Part shown: one piece after another, positions 39,968-49,152 of the stretch
Layout: the number at the start of each line of letters is the position of its first letter
Position numbering within the stretch: position 1 is the first letter of the stretch
NCBI GenBank assembly: GCA_017501545.1
Contig: JAFVWS010000023.1
Location: forward strand, 31,967 to 95,966
Length of the DNA stretch: 64,000 bases
Direction: 5' to 3'
Source: Clostridia bacterium
Lineage (GTDB): Bacteria > Bacillota > Clostridia > Oscillospirales > CAG-272
The notes under the pieces: generated by a model
The model's database searches: none
Told to the model about the DNA's origin: nothing
Seen by the model: only the letters and a program-made list of their open reading frames with translations
Position numbers and translations under genes: made by a program

Positions 39968-40126
39968 ATGTTTATTTCAAAGAAAAAATTACAAGAAATC
40001 GAGAACAAATTAGCGCGTCTTGAAAAGAAGCTGGTTTGCCTCGAAAGCAAGAAAACAGCCGACCCTGTGGATGAAATTTCATATAAGGAGGTCGTTGACG
40101 AATGGTTAAATGGAAAGAAGAATTAA
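39968..40126 (+). CDS. Small coiled-coil protein (52 aa), unannotated in the ORF track
   Basis: The ATG abuts the terL stop (TAAATG). Translation MFISKKKLQEIENKLARLEKKLVCLESKK... Its end overlaps the portal start by 25 nt. Confidence 0.35.
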   Translation: MFISKKKLQEIENKLARLEKKLVCLESKKTADPVDEISYKEVVDEWLNGKKN

Positions 40127-41706
40127 AGTCAGAATTAACCCCTTCGTATCATTTATATCAAGATGCCCTTAGTAGTCAGCTTAGGATGGGTTTGCGTGTT
40201 AAAATACCTGAATGTGTTGATTTTTACGAGGGTCGCCAATGGCCACCTGCCACAGAAAACACCAAAAATCTGCCACGGCCGGTTGTAAACGTCGTCAAAA
40301 TGATTTGCAGAAGTAAAAAGGGAGCCATTTTGTCTACTCCCGTTAAAATTCACTATAAAAGCTACTCTCCATATACCGACATAGAGCGCTTTAACGCATT
40401 TGCGACAAGCGTTTTCAGAGAAATCGGTCAGGATGAGCTTGATAGATTAGCAATCGACGACGCAATCAAGAAGGGCTCCTACTTTTTTCATTATTTTTGG
40501 GACAAGGAGTCAATTTCAAGGGAAAGTGGCGAGGTCGGCGCGCTTTCTTGTGAGCTAATCGACCCTCTAAACATCTTTTTTGCAAATCCAGCTGAAACAA
40601 ATGAGCAGAAGCAGGATTGGATTATGATTAGCTCGCGAATAAAGACGGAAAAAATCAAAAATATGGCTGACCCGGACGCCGATACAACACTGCTCATGCC
40701 CGACGGAGACGAAAACGACAACAAAACAACGCTTCTAACGCGCTATTTTAGAGTTGGAAACGACGTTTTTTGTGAAAGACAGACTAAGTTTTGTATAATT
40801 TCTAAGCCGTTTAACATTATTCCAGCACCTTTTGATAAGAAAAGCAAGGCGCAAGGGGGCAAGAGGAAGGAGCGTATTCTCTACCCTATTGTTTGTGGGC
40901 AGTACGAAAGACGTGAAAATTCAATATACGGAATGGGCGAGGTTGAGGGCTTAATTCCTAACCAAAAGGCAATTAATTTCAACATTGCAATGAGCCTTTT
41001 AAATGCTCAGCAGTGTGCTTGGGGCAAGTATGTTGCTCTTCCAAATGCGTTAAACGGACAAAAAATTTCAAACGTCCCAGGACAAGTTCTTGTTGACTTT
41101 TCAGGCACTGGCGAGGGTATCAAAAGACTACCGGAATCAGAGCTTTCAAGGGCGCCGATGGAGCTGACCACTGCGCTCGAGGAGCTTACAAGGTCAGTCA
41201 GTGGTGCATCAAGCGTGATGACTGGTGAAATAAGCGGGACAAGCCTTTCTGGCGCTGCAATTGCATATCTGCAATCCCAAGCGCAGGTGCCAATTGAGGA
41301 ATTAAAAAGCTCCTTTTGGTTTGCAAAGCGCAAGCAGGGCATGGTCGTTGCGCAGTTCTTAAAGCATTTTTACCTCAAGCACGCGTACATAAAAATTAGC
41401 CCTGACAAGAAGTGTGACGGCGTATTTGACGAATTTTCATCACGCGATTTCGAGTCGTCACTTTTTGAGGTTTACGTCGAAGCTATCGGTGGCACAAAAG
41501 CGTCCTTAGCGTCCGACATTTCGTTGCTTGATAGTTGTCTTAAGGCAGGTAAAATTTCGCTTGAAACCTATATTCGAGCTTACCCTGCGTCTGCAATCAC
41601 TAACAAAGAAGAGATACTCAAGCAAATCAAGCTTGAAAAGGATTCAGAGGTTGAAATTTTACGAAAGGAGCTCAAGGAGCTAAAGGAAAAGTATGCAGAA
41701 TTCTAA
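40102..41706 (+). CDS. Phage portal protein
   Basis: ~530 aa directly after terL. DFYEGRQWPP motif near the N-terminus, typical of portal families. C-terminal coiled coil. Confidence 0.8.
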   Translation: MVKWKEELKSELTPSYHLYQDALSSQLRMGLRVKIPECVDFYEGRQWPPATENTKNLPRPVVNVVKMICRSKKGAILSTPVKIHYKSYSPYTDIERFNAFATSVFREIGQDELDRLAIDDAIKKGSYFFHYFWDKESISRESGEVGALSCELIDPLNIFFANPAETNEQKQDWIMISSRIKTEKIKNMADPDADTTLLMPDGDENDNKTTLLTRYFRVGNDVFCERQTKFCIISKPFNIIPAPFDKKSKAQGGKRKERILYPIVCGQYERRENSIYGMGEVEGLIPNQKAINFNIAMSLLNAQQCAWGKYVALPNALNGQKISNVPGQVLVDFSGTGEGIKRLPESELSRAPMELTTALEELTRSVSGASSVMTGEISGTSLSGAAIAYLQSQAQVPIEELKSSFWFAKRKQGMVVAQFLKHFYLKHAYIKISPDKKCDGVFDEFSSRDFESSLFEVYVEAIGGTKASLASDISLLDSCLKAGKISLETYIRAYPASAITNKEEILKQIKLEKDSEVEILRKELKELKEKYAEF

Positions 41707-42286
41707 AAAGCACGAGGAAAACGGTGCAATGAACGAAAAATTTGAGCAATTAACAATAGATGCTTCAAATCTTGAGTCAAAAGCAGAGGAAAATATTCTA
41801 AATTCCACTAACAACTTACCAGAAAAAGGCAGCAAATCCACAGGTAAAACGTGTAAAGACGAGCTCGTTGAAAACGCAAAAACACCCGACCCAGTGTCTG
41901 AGTTTGGCACTTTTAATGTGGAATCAACGACAGAAAATACTATTAGCGATGAAGATGATAGCTTACTATTTTCCAAACTATTTCCGGGCGTTTCGCGCGA
42001 AAGTGTCGAAAACGACGAAGTTTTCAAGCTTTTTTCAAAAAGTAGGCTGAAAAATGCACCATTTTCAGTGATTTACAGTGATTTTCGCGCTTTAGTTGAT
42101 AAAATTAGCCAGAGTGAGAGAGAAAAGCTTGCTTTTAGTGCGAAGGTAGCTAATTCAAGCCCTGGCGCCCTTGCTTCAAGCGCTACCGACGACTCTTTCT
42201 TTACAAAAGAGCAGGTTTTGAGAATGAGCAAGGAGCAAATCGCAAGAAACTACCAAAAAATAAGACAAAGTCAAGAGAGATGGTAA
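41693..42286 (+). CDS. Phage capsid scaffolding protein (probable)
   Basis: Acidic, low-complexity ~197-aa protein between portal and capsid genes. C-terminal FFTKEQVLRMSKEQIARNYQKIRQS resembles scaffold C-termini. Overlaps the portal stop. Confidence 0.6.
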   Translation: MQNSKKHEENGAMNEKFEQLTIDASNLESKAEENILNSTNNLPEKGSKSTGKTCKDELVENAKTPDPVSEFGTFNVESTTENTISDEDDSLLFSKLFPGVSRESVENDEVFKLFSKSRLKNAPFSVIYSDFRALVDKISQSEREKLAFSAKVANSSPGALASSATDDSFFTKEQVLRMSKEQIARNYQKIRQSQERW

Positions 42287-42493
42287 ACCGAAGGCCTTAC
42301 GCATCTTGGCGTCAAATTTGGGCGCTGTGAGCGTCTAAGAGGCGTTTTTTAAAGAGTTTAAGCAATACTGAGTAAATTAGCGGGCGCTGAAGGGAGGGCT
42401 CCTTAAGCCGTTATTTGTGCAGTGTGTCCCGCAAAGGTAAAATCCTTTTTCTTCGCAACTACGCGACTCAGTCGCAATATAAAGGAGAACATT

Positions 42494-43336
42494 ATGGCTT
42501 ATTCAAATTTTATTCCATCAGTTTGGTCAGAATCAATCAACCGAGAGCTTGAGCGCGCTTGTGTCTTCGCCGAGGACTGTAACCGTCAATACGAGGGTGA
42601 GGTTTCAAAGAAGGGTGACAGCGTTCACATTCTTGGCGTTGGCAAGCCAACAATCAAGTCACTCTCTCGTGAAAACGCAAGCGGAGAGATTGACGCCGCC
42701 GAGGAGGTAAGCGACACATCCGTAATTCTTGGCATCAACCAAATCAGATATTTCAACTACAAGGTGGGCGACATTGACAAGGCGCAAGCAATTGGCGGAC
42801 TTATGGATGCCCTTTCCGAGGAAACAAGCGAGGGTCTTGCAAACGAAATCGACAAGTACATTGCCGAAATGGTGCTTGACGAAAGTGTTAGCAAGCTCAC
42901 AGCTACACCAACAGTAGTTACAAAGGAAAACGTCCTTTCAATTCTTGACGATGCAATCGAGGCACTACAAGAAAACGATGTCAACATGGCAAGCGGTGTT
43001 ACAGTAACAGTTTCACCACGCTTTTACAAGCTATTCAAGCAAGCATACAGCGCCATTGACACCGGCAACAGCGACATGCTCAAAAACGGCAAAGTGGCTA
43101 CGTACGGCAACGTGACCGTCAAGCTTTCAAACAACGTTGCAAAGAGCGACAGTGGCGCGACTGACAACATTATGATCAGATCCAAGCGTGCCATCGCATT
43201 TGTGAACCCAGTTACTCACACAGAGGCTTATCGCCCAGAGAAATCCTTTGCCGACGCAGTCAAGGGTTATGCTCTTTTTGACGGCAAGGTGGTAAGACCC
43301 AAGGAAATCATCAACGTTAACGTAAAATACGCTTAA
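42494..43336 (+). CDS. Phage major capsid protein (probable HK97-fold)
   Basis: 280 aa in the position after the scaffold gene. N-terminal FIPSVWSESINRELE is typical of small major capsid protein families. ATG 42494 has an AAGGAG RBS. Confidence 0.7.
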   Translation: MAYSNFIPSVWSESINRELERACVFAEDCNRQYEGEVSKKGDSVHILGVGKPTIKSLSRENASGEIDAAEEVSDTSVILGINQIRYFNYKVGDIDKAQAIGGLMDALSEETSEGLANEIDKYIAEMVLDESVSKLTATPTVVTKENVLSILDDAIEALQENDVNMASGVTVTVSPRFYKLFKQAYSAIDTGNSDMLKNGKVATYGNVTVKLSNNVAKSDSGATDNIMIRSKRAIAFVNPVTHTEAYRPEKSFADAVKGYALFDGKVVRPKEIINVNVKYA

Positions 43337-43403
43337 TTGGTCTAATTTCGCTTTATTCCGCTGTTTAGGCAACGCACCGCAGCTCGCAAAAGCACAAGAG
43401 CAA

Positions 43404-43440
43404 AGGAACACAGTCTTTTCGACTGTGTTCCTTGTTTTGT
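43404..43440 (+). terminator. Strong rho-independent terminator closing the head module
   Basis: AGGAACACAGTC-ttttc-GACTGTGTTCCT followed by TGTTTTGT. Confidence 0.8.
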
Positions 43441-44135
43441 ATATTTATTTAATTTTATTGTATAATTATACTTTATTTAAAATATGTCAACCATATTATG
43501 CCAAGCCCTGTGTTTGTTTGTTACATTTTGTTAACATTTGGTTTATAAATATTTATTCATCGTTTTTATGTAAATTTAACAGCAAAAAATTGATTTTAAA
43601 AAAAGATTTTGCTCGGTGGAAAATCAAACGATGCTAAAAAATCGCCGCAAAGCCTTATAGTAAAAGGGCGCACAAGAGATTTTTCATTCTTTTTTCTCTC
43701 CTTGGCGTTTTTTCAAAAAAATCGCAAAAAATCTGTACAAATCCATATAGCAAAAGCGCCGAGGGCAAAAAATTTATCGTTTTACAGCAGTTGTGAAAAA
43801 CCAGCGTAAAAGCCTCAAAAAGCAAGTCGCTATAAGGCTCAGGACGGAATTTTAACGGCACCAAAGAGGATTTTATACTTATATGTAAAAACGCGCCTAT
43901 TTCGGCACAATCAGCCGAGCATATAGCTGTTTTCAGCCACTTGCGTACTCCGGCAGTGCATTTGTTACCGCTTTGCAGACTTCTCTCTACCGTTTGTCAA
44001 GATGCGACAATAAAAGTGCTAATTTTACCACACGCTTTGGCATTTTTCGCCGTCGAGAAATGTTATTATAATAGTGGAAATATTATTTCCAAATTTATTA
44101 AATTTAATATTCAAAAGCAAGAAAAAGGAGTCAAA

Positions 44136-44933
44136 ATGAAGGAAGAAAAAGAGGTATTCAAAGAGGTATATTCCATAGGCGTAGACAAAATCTCGCCCAA
44201 CCCAAATCAGCCGAGAAAGGACTTTTCAGACGACGCAATTCTGAAATTAGCAAGCAGCATAAAGCAGTTCGGAATCATCCAACCACTATGCGTGCGCGAG
44301 TGCGAAAACGGCTACGAATTAATATCAGGTGAAAGGCGCTTAAGGGCAGCCAAGGAGCTTGGTATGGCATTTGTGCCGTGCATAATCAGCGAGGCAAGCG
44401 ACGAAAAAAGTGCCGAAATGGCAATTATAGAAAACATCATCAGACAAGATTTAAACGTATTCGAGGAGGCCGAAGCAATCGAGGTTTTGATTGATACATA
44501 TTGCTTGACACAGGAGCAAATTGCCGAAAAGCTAAGTGTCAGCCAGTCGTTTATTGCCAACAAGCTAAGGCTTTTAAGGCTAAGTGCAGGCGAGCGTGAA
44601 AAAATTCTGAAAAACAAGCTAACAGAGCGCCATGCGAGAGCCCTTCTAAGAATATTTGATCCGGATATACGCGCAAAAGCCCTCGACGCCTTCATAGGGG
44701 AAGGATTAAACGTCTCAAACGCCGAGGAGTACGTTGATAAGCTGCTTTCAAAATCAAGCCCACAAAAGTCCAAAAGGCGCGCGTACAAAAGCATCGGCGC
44801 GTTTTATGATTCAATTAACAGAGCAATATGCGCAGTTGAAAACGCAGGAATAAAGATAAAAAGCAGAAAAATAGAGAGCGACGAGTACACAGAGCTAACA
44901 ATCATCGTGCCCAAGGAAAGCGCTTGTGTGTAA
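44136..44933 (+). CDS. noc: ParB-family protein, Noc-like paralogue
   Basis: ParB box ISPNPNQPRK, GERRLRAAKELG, HTH LTQEQIAEKLSVSQSFIANKLRLLRL. ATG 44136 has AAAGGAG. The track's upstream extension lacks an RBS. Confidence 0.8.
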   Translation: MKEEKEVFKEVYSIGVDKISPNPNQPRKDFSDDAILKLASSIKQFGIIQPLCVRECENGYELISGERRLRAAKELGMAFVPCIISEASDEKSAEMAIIENIIRQDLNVFEEAEAIEVLIDTYCLTQEQIAEKLSVSQSFIANKLRLLRLSAGEREKILKNKLTERHARALLRIFDPDIRAKALDAFIGEGLNVSNAEEYVDKLLSKSSPQKSKRRAYKSIGAFYDSINRAICAVENAGIKIKSRKIESDEYTELTIIVPKESACV

Positions 44934-45205
44934 GAGGCAACACAAGCCAGAAAGCCCCCAAAAACCATAAAAAAGCGCTTAAAAGTGGCAAAAAGCTCGG
45001 GCTTACGTTGAAAAGTTCAAGCTTTGTTGACAAGGCAACAATTTGGCGCACAAAGGCAATTGCCATAAGCCTTGGCGAGCAGTGAACGTTGTTTACGAAT
45101 TTCCATATTTTTCCATTTTTCGACAAAATTCAAAGAGTTTTCAACGTGTTTTTCAACAAGAGGTTGATTTTTGATAAAAATCGCACGTTGAAGTAGTCAT
45201 TTCGT

Positions 45206-45240
45206 AAAAGAGCAACCCTTGATAGGTTGCTCTTTTTCTT
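45206..45240 (+). terminator. Rho-independent terminator about 270 nt after noc
   Basis: AGAGCAACC-cttgata-GGTTGCTCT followed by TTTTTCTTTT. Confidence 0.6.
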
Positions 45241-45368
45241 TTCAAGCACTATCAAGCCAAATGACGAGCGCCAGCGCATTTAGAGAACACAGAAAAAAGG
45301 CAGAGGCGACAAAAAGATAAGCTTTAGCGCCCACCAATGCAACGACCAAATACGATAAATTCCGACAT

Positions 45369-45384
45369 TGTTTCACGTGAAACA
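45369..45384. promoter_or_regulatory. parS: parS site (perfect)
   Basis: TGTTTCACGTGAAACA, the perfect 16-bp ParB-binding palindrome. Confidence 0.85.
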
Positions 45385-45799
45385 CATATTTCGGCGAGCG
45401 TGAAGTCCGTAAATAAGCATTTTGCAGGCACATCAAATAAGACACACAGTGACACCCACAAAAACCACCGTAAGAAAAGAGGCATCACTGTGGCAAAAGT
45501 GGCGCGGACAAGCCGCGCATAAGCAAAAAAAGGAGAGGCAGCATGGTCAACAAGCAAGGGCGAGGGGTGGTGCGAGCAAGGACGAGGGGGTGGCACAAGC
45601 CAAAAGAGAGCGCATAGTGTTCTGTAAACCGCACCAAGCTAAAGGGAAAAATCGCACACAAGGAAGGGTCAATGGCAGGTCGCCAATCCACCATGCCAAA
45701 GGGCGCAAAAATTGCGTATGACAAAGGCACAGGCTACACCACCCCGCCCCGAGACCACTTGCCTTGCAGAAAAAACTATCGCTTTTACCAAAAACGCCT

Positions 45800-45815
45800 T
45801 GTTTCACGTGAAACA
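45800..45815. promoter_or_regulatory. parS: parS site (perfect)
   Basis: TGTTTCACGTGAAACA. Confidence 0.85.
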
Positions 45816-46107
45816 TCCCCCCACGCGTCACCATACAAAAACCCAAGTGCAACGGAAAACAGAAAGTGCACATTTTGTAAAACGTACATAGTGAATAGTT
45901 AAAAGAGGCACACAAAGGCGAGTGCGCGAAAACCAACCCCTGTCGGAGGGAGCCACAAACGCCAACTAAGCCGTTATATTCGCAACAGCCGACATCCACA
46001 AAAAGCACAAAGCTTCCTAGAAAAGTAGAGGCTTTGTGCGCCCGTTTTGACCTCTTTTTCTCATACTATGGTGCCCTCACATCAATAGCTCAACTAAGCA
46101 ATTTCTG

Positions 46108-46123
46108 TGTTTCACGTGAACAA
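46108..46123. promoter_or_regulatory. parS: Degenerate parS site (one half intact, 1-nt deletion in the other)
   Basis: TGTTTCACGTGAACAA. Confidence 0.55.
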
Positions 46124-46590
46124 TACACAAAATAAGCAAAATTGTAGGCACGAAAAGGCGTCAAAATCACAATAACGAAGAGGCACGTCCATTCAAGCTC
46201 CATAGATAGCGCTTGGGTGGCAGAAGCTCAGCTCTCTGTAAAGCGCCCATGCCGAAGGCTCCTTTTGAGAGAAAGCAACCAGAAAATCAGCGTTGATTTC
46301 AGAAATGCACGCCCTCGTTTAGCGATTCAAGGCCGATGTGGGGGCGGGTTTAAAAGGGGCCCGCCACATTCTTTCAAAAATTAGAAAGGTGTAGCATTGC
46401 AAAAAGCAGAAAAGCGTAGCATTCAAAAAGCAGAAAGCTCCACGTTTTTGAGACAAACAAAAGTAGTCTGGTTTAAAAGCTTGCTTTAAAGTTGGCACGT
46501 TAAAGTGGTTCATAAATGGTTTTTAGCAAAAGGAAGCTCCGAAACGGCTACGCAACACCAACACCCTCTTCCCTTCTCACTTACCGGCTG

Positions 46591-46606
46591 CGTTTCACGT
46601 GAAACA
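46591..46606. promoter_or_regulatory. parS: parS site (one mismatch)
   Basis: CGTTTCACGTGAAACA, about 85 nt upstream of soj. Confidence 0.8.
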
Positions 46607-46692
46607 TTTTAATTTTTTTGAAAATTTCTATTGATTTTGTCGATTTTTAATGATATACTTTTAGTAAGAACTTTAGTAGAGGAGCTAAAACT

Positions 46693-47472
46693 GTGCAAAT
46701 TGTTTCTTTTGCAAATCAAAAGGGCGGTGTTGGCAAGACTACGTCAGCCCTTAATTGCGCTACAATGCTTGGCGTGCTTGGCAAAAGAGTTTTGCTTTTG
46801 GATTTAGATCCACAAGCTAACAGTACAAGCTCGCTTGGAATATCAAAAAACGGCGTGAAGTATACCATTTACGAGGTTTTATCCGGAAAAGCAAAGGATA
46901 TTTCTCAAGCAATCATCGCAACTAAATTTAAAAACCTATCTATTATCCCATCAAATATGGCTTTAGCAAGCTTAGAAACAGAGCTTAGTATGCAGGGCGG
47001 CCGTGAAGCATATCTCAAAAGAACGTTGAGCGAGCTTGAAAAAACAGATTTATTTGATTACGTCATCATCGATTGTCCACCATCGCTTGGAATGTTGACA
47101 ATCAACGCTTTAGTAGCAAGCACCGGATTAATTATTCCTATGCAATGCGAATATTTCGCCCTTGAAGGACTTACGCAGCTAATGATGAGCGTAAAAGCGA
47201 TAAAAAACAGATACAATCCCAACCTAAATATCACCGGAATATTAATTACGATGTTCACTCCGCGCTTCAGACTTTCAAAAGAGGTGCTTGCGGAGCTTGA
47301 AAATTATTATTTTGACATTGTTTTTGAGCAAAAAATTTCTCGCAGTATAGTCATCAGTGAATCATCGAGCTATGCTGAGCCGCTTTATTATTATTCCAAA
47401 TACTCAAAATCGAGTCTGGAATATATGGCAGTAACAAAGGAAATCATTACTCGAATAGAAGGAATTATATAA
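46693..47472 (+). CDS. soj: Chromosome partitioning ATPase ParA/Soj (GTG start)
   Basis: Deviant Walker A NQKGGVGKTT, LLLDLDPQ, IIDCPPSLG. GAGGAG RBS. Confidence 0.92.
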   Translation: MQIVSFANQKGGVGKTTSALNCATMLGVLGKRVLLLDLDPQANSTSSLGISKNGVKYTIYEVLSGKAKDISQAIIATKFKNLSIIPSNMALASLETELSMQGGREAYLKRTLSELEKTDLFDYVIIDCPPSLGMLTINALVASTGLIIPMQCEYFALEGLTQLMMSVKAIKNRYNPNLNITGILITMFTPRFRLSKEVLAELENYYFDIVFEQKISRSIVISESSSYAEPLYYYSKYSKSSLEYMAVTKEIITRIEGII

Positions 47473-47488
47473 ATAAGGAGAAAAAGCT

Positions 47489-48376
47489 ATGAAAAAAGGA
47501 CTTGGAAGAGGACTTGACTCCATCTTCGCAGACAACTACATCGAGGTTGCCTCAAAGGAAGAGGGCATCCAAACACTTAGAATTTCACAGGTTGAGCCAA
47601 AGGCAGACCAACCAAGAAAATATTTCGACGAGGAAGCTCTTTTAGAGCTTTCAGATTCAATCAAACGTCACGGACTTCTCCAACCTATTATAGTTCGTGA
47701 AAGCTCTGCTGGTTACTATCAAATTATCGCAGGTGAGCGCAGATGGCGCGCATCAAAGCTTGCCGGACTTACAGAAATTCCTGCTATCGTTATGCAAGCT
47801 GACGCTCTTGAGGCGGCAGAAATTGCAATTATCGAAAATATTCAGCGTGAGGACTTAAACCCATACGAGGAAGCTACTGCATATGCATCTCTCATTGAGC
47901 AATATGGTCTAACCCAAGAGGAGGTTAGCGAAAAGGTTGGAAAGTCAAGAAGCGCAGTTGCAAACACAATGCGTCTACTCGACCTGCCAGAGGACGTGCT
48001 TGAAATGCTAAAAACCGGCGATATTTCTGCCGGCCACGCACGCGCGCTCCTTGGACTTAAGGACAAAGAGGTTATTGTTGACACAGCTGAACAAATTCTC
48101 ATTCGTTCACTCTCTGTACGCGACACAGAGGCTCTTGTTAAGAAGCTTAACAAGGAATATGAAAAGGGTCTTAATCCTTCCCCCGTTACTAAAAGTAACG
48201 AGATAGAGGTTGACTACGTTAAGGACCTTGAGAAAAAGGCAATGCATTTAACTGGCAAGCGCGTAAAAATCAAGACAAAGGGCAAGGTGTCTACCGTTGA
48301 GATAGACTTCTACGGAAACGACGACCTTGAGGACATTTTAGTAAAGCTTTGCGGTAAAGACATCATCGAGAAATGA
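47489..48376 (+). CDS. spo0J: Chromosome partitioning protein ParB/Spo0J
   Basis: KGLGRGLDSIF, ParB box QPRK, GERRWRA, HTH LTQEEVSEKVGKSRSAVANTMRLLDLP. Confidence 0.92.
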   Translation: MKKGLGRGLDSIFADNYIEVASKEEGIQTLRISQVEPKADQPRKYFDEEALLELSDSIKRHGLLQPIIVRESSAGYYQIIAGERRWRASKLAGLTEIPAIVMQADALEAAEIAIIENIQREDLNPYEEATAYASLIEQYGLTQEEVSEKVGKSRSAVANTMRLLDLPEDVLEMLKTGDISAGHARALLGLKDKEVIVDTAEQILIRSLSVRDTEALVKKLNKEYEKGLNPSPVTKSNEIEVDYVKDLEKKAMHLTGKRVKIKTKGKVSTVEIDFYGNDDLEDILVKLCGKDIIEK

Positions 48377-48398
48377 GGTGCCCGAGGTGACACTTTTC

Positions 48399-48872
48399 AT
48401 GGATGCTGTTTACGCAGTTTCAACTAACGTAATCATTTGGTCTATATGCATAGGCGTAAATTTAGGCTTTATTTATAATTATATAAATAAAAACCTAATC
48501 GGCGCCTTTGTGCGTCGTGTGCTTGACGAAACGCACGGTGAGGACAGCGCAAAAACAATGTCTGAGCTTGGCTACAAGAAATTCGGCTTTTTTAAAAAGG
48601 TGCTTTTAAAGGACGGTGGCTCACTTCGCCGTTACGTCAGCGTCGCAGGTGGCAAAATCCCACGTGCAACCAACGAGGAGGGCGTCGAGGCAATCGACTG
48701 GGACAGCGCGCGCTTTTACGTAAGCCTTGAGCAAAGGGAAAAAACCCACCTTTCATATAGCAAGCCAAACAAATGGATATTTTTACCAATTTTCATGGTT
48801 TTGTCCGTCTTAATTTCCATTGCTATGACCTACATAATGCCATTCTTCATTGAGGCACTACCATTTATATAA
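48399..48872 (+). CDS. Hypothetical membrane protein downstream of spo0J
   Basis: N- and C-terminal hydrophobic helices. Tightly linked to the spo0J stop. Start uncertain: GTG 48378 or ATG 48399. Confidence 0.5.
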   Translation: MDAVYAVSTNVIIWSICIGVNLGFIYNYINKNLIGAFVRRVLDETHGEDSAKTMSELGYKKFGFFKKVLLKDGGSLRRYVSVAGGKIPRATNEEGVEAIDWDSARFYVSLEQREKTHLSYSKPNKWIFLPIFMVLSVLISIAMTYIMPFFIEALPFI

Positions 48873-48873
48873 C

Positions 48874-48908
48874 AAAAAAGAAGACTCGGTGTGAGTCTTC
48901 TTTTATTT
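48874..48908 (+). terminator. Rho-independent terminator of the soj-spo0J operon
   Basis: GAAGACTC-ggtgt-GAGTCTTC followed by TTTTATTTT. Confidence 0.75.
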
Positions 48909-49152
48909 TGCCGTTTCAGCTAAATTTAAGCCGTTTTTTGAGCCTTTCGCTTCATTCCCGAGTGTTTGCCCACCCAAAGCTTGCCCGTCTCTTTTTAAGC
49001 CTCGTTTGGCTTCCACTGCCTACGCCTCACAGAAGAGCTAAATCGTTAGCCCCTCGCTTATTTGTCTTGATTTTTAGCCCACAATTTGTTATAATGCAAT
49101 TAGCTACGTAATGCATAATTACAAGCAAAATCAATTATACAAGGAACATACT

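Noticed and set aside
42340-42440. Apparent short similarities between the scaffold-capsid intergenic region and the parS desert: GGAGGGAGCC and TAAGCCGTTAT words near 45940-45980.
   Set aside because: Only two 10-12-nt blocks match, with different spacing. The 8-mer TAAGCCGT occurs at about the chance frequency in the window. This is not convincing without a formal alignment.
38031-43440. Attempt to define prophage boundaries (att direct repeats, integrase, tRNA target) around the head module.
   Set aside because: No flanking direct repeats or recombinase genes could be seen by eye, and the nearest tRNAs are 33 kb away. The module is therefore reported as an orphan cluster rather than as a delimited prophage. 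A computed repeat search is needed.
43941-44135. Long N-terminal extensions offered by the ORF track: noc from 43941, ygiQ from 24145, XRE from 51382, GH35 from 49111, DUF1292 from 24569, terL from 38135, MCP from 42422, toxin from TTG 57406.
   Set aside because: In each case an internal ATG or TTG with a strong Shine-Dalgarno sequence coincides with the start of family-typical sequence. The extensions lack RBSs or overlap upstream genes or promoters.
44902-46513. Several 60-150-aa ORFs on both strands in the noc-soj gap, for example 45547-46008(-), 45422-45721(+) and 45324-45596(-).
   Set aside because: They overlap one another in different frames, lack RBSs and encode R/K/Q/H/P-rich nonsense. 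Their existence follows from the skewed base composition, which leaves few stop codons. The region is treated as non-coding.
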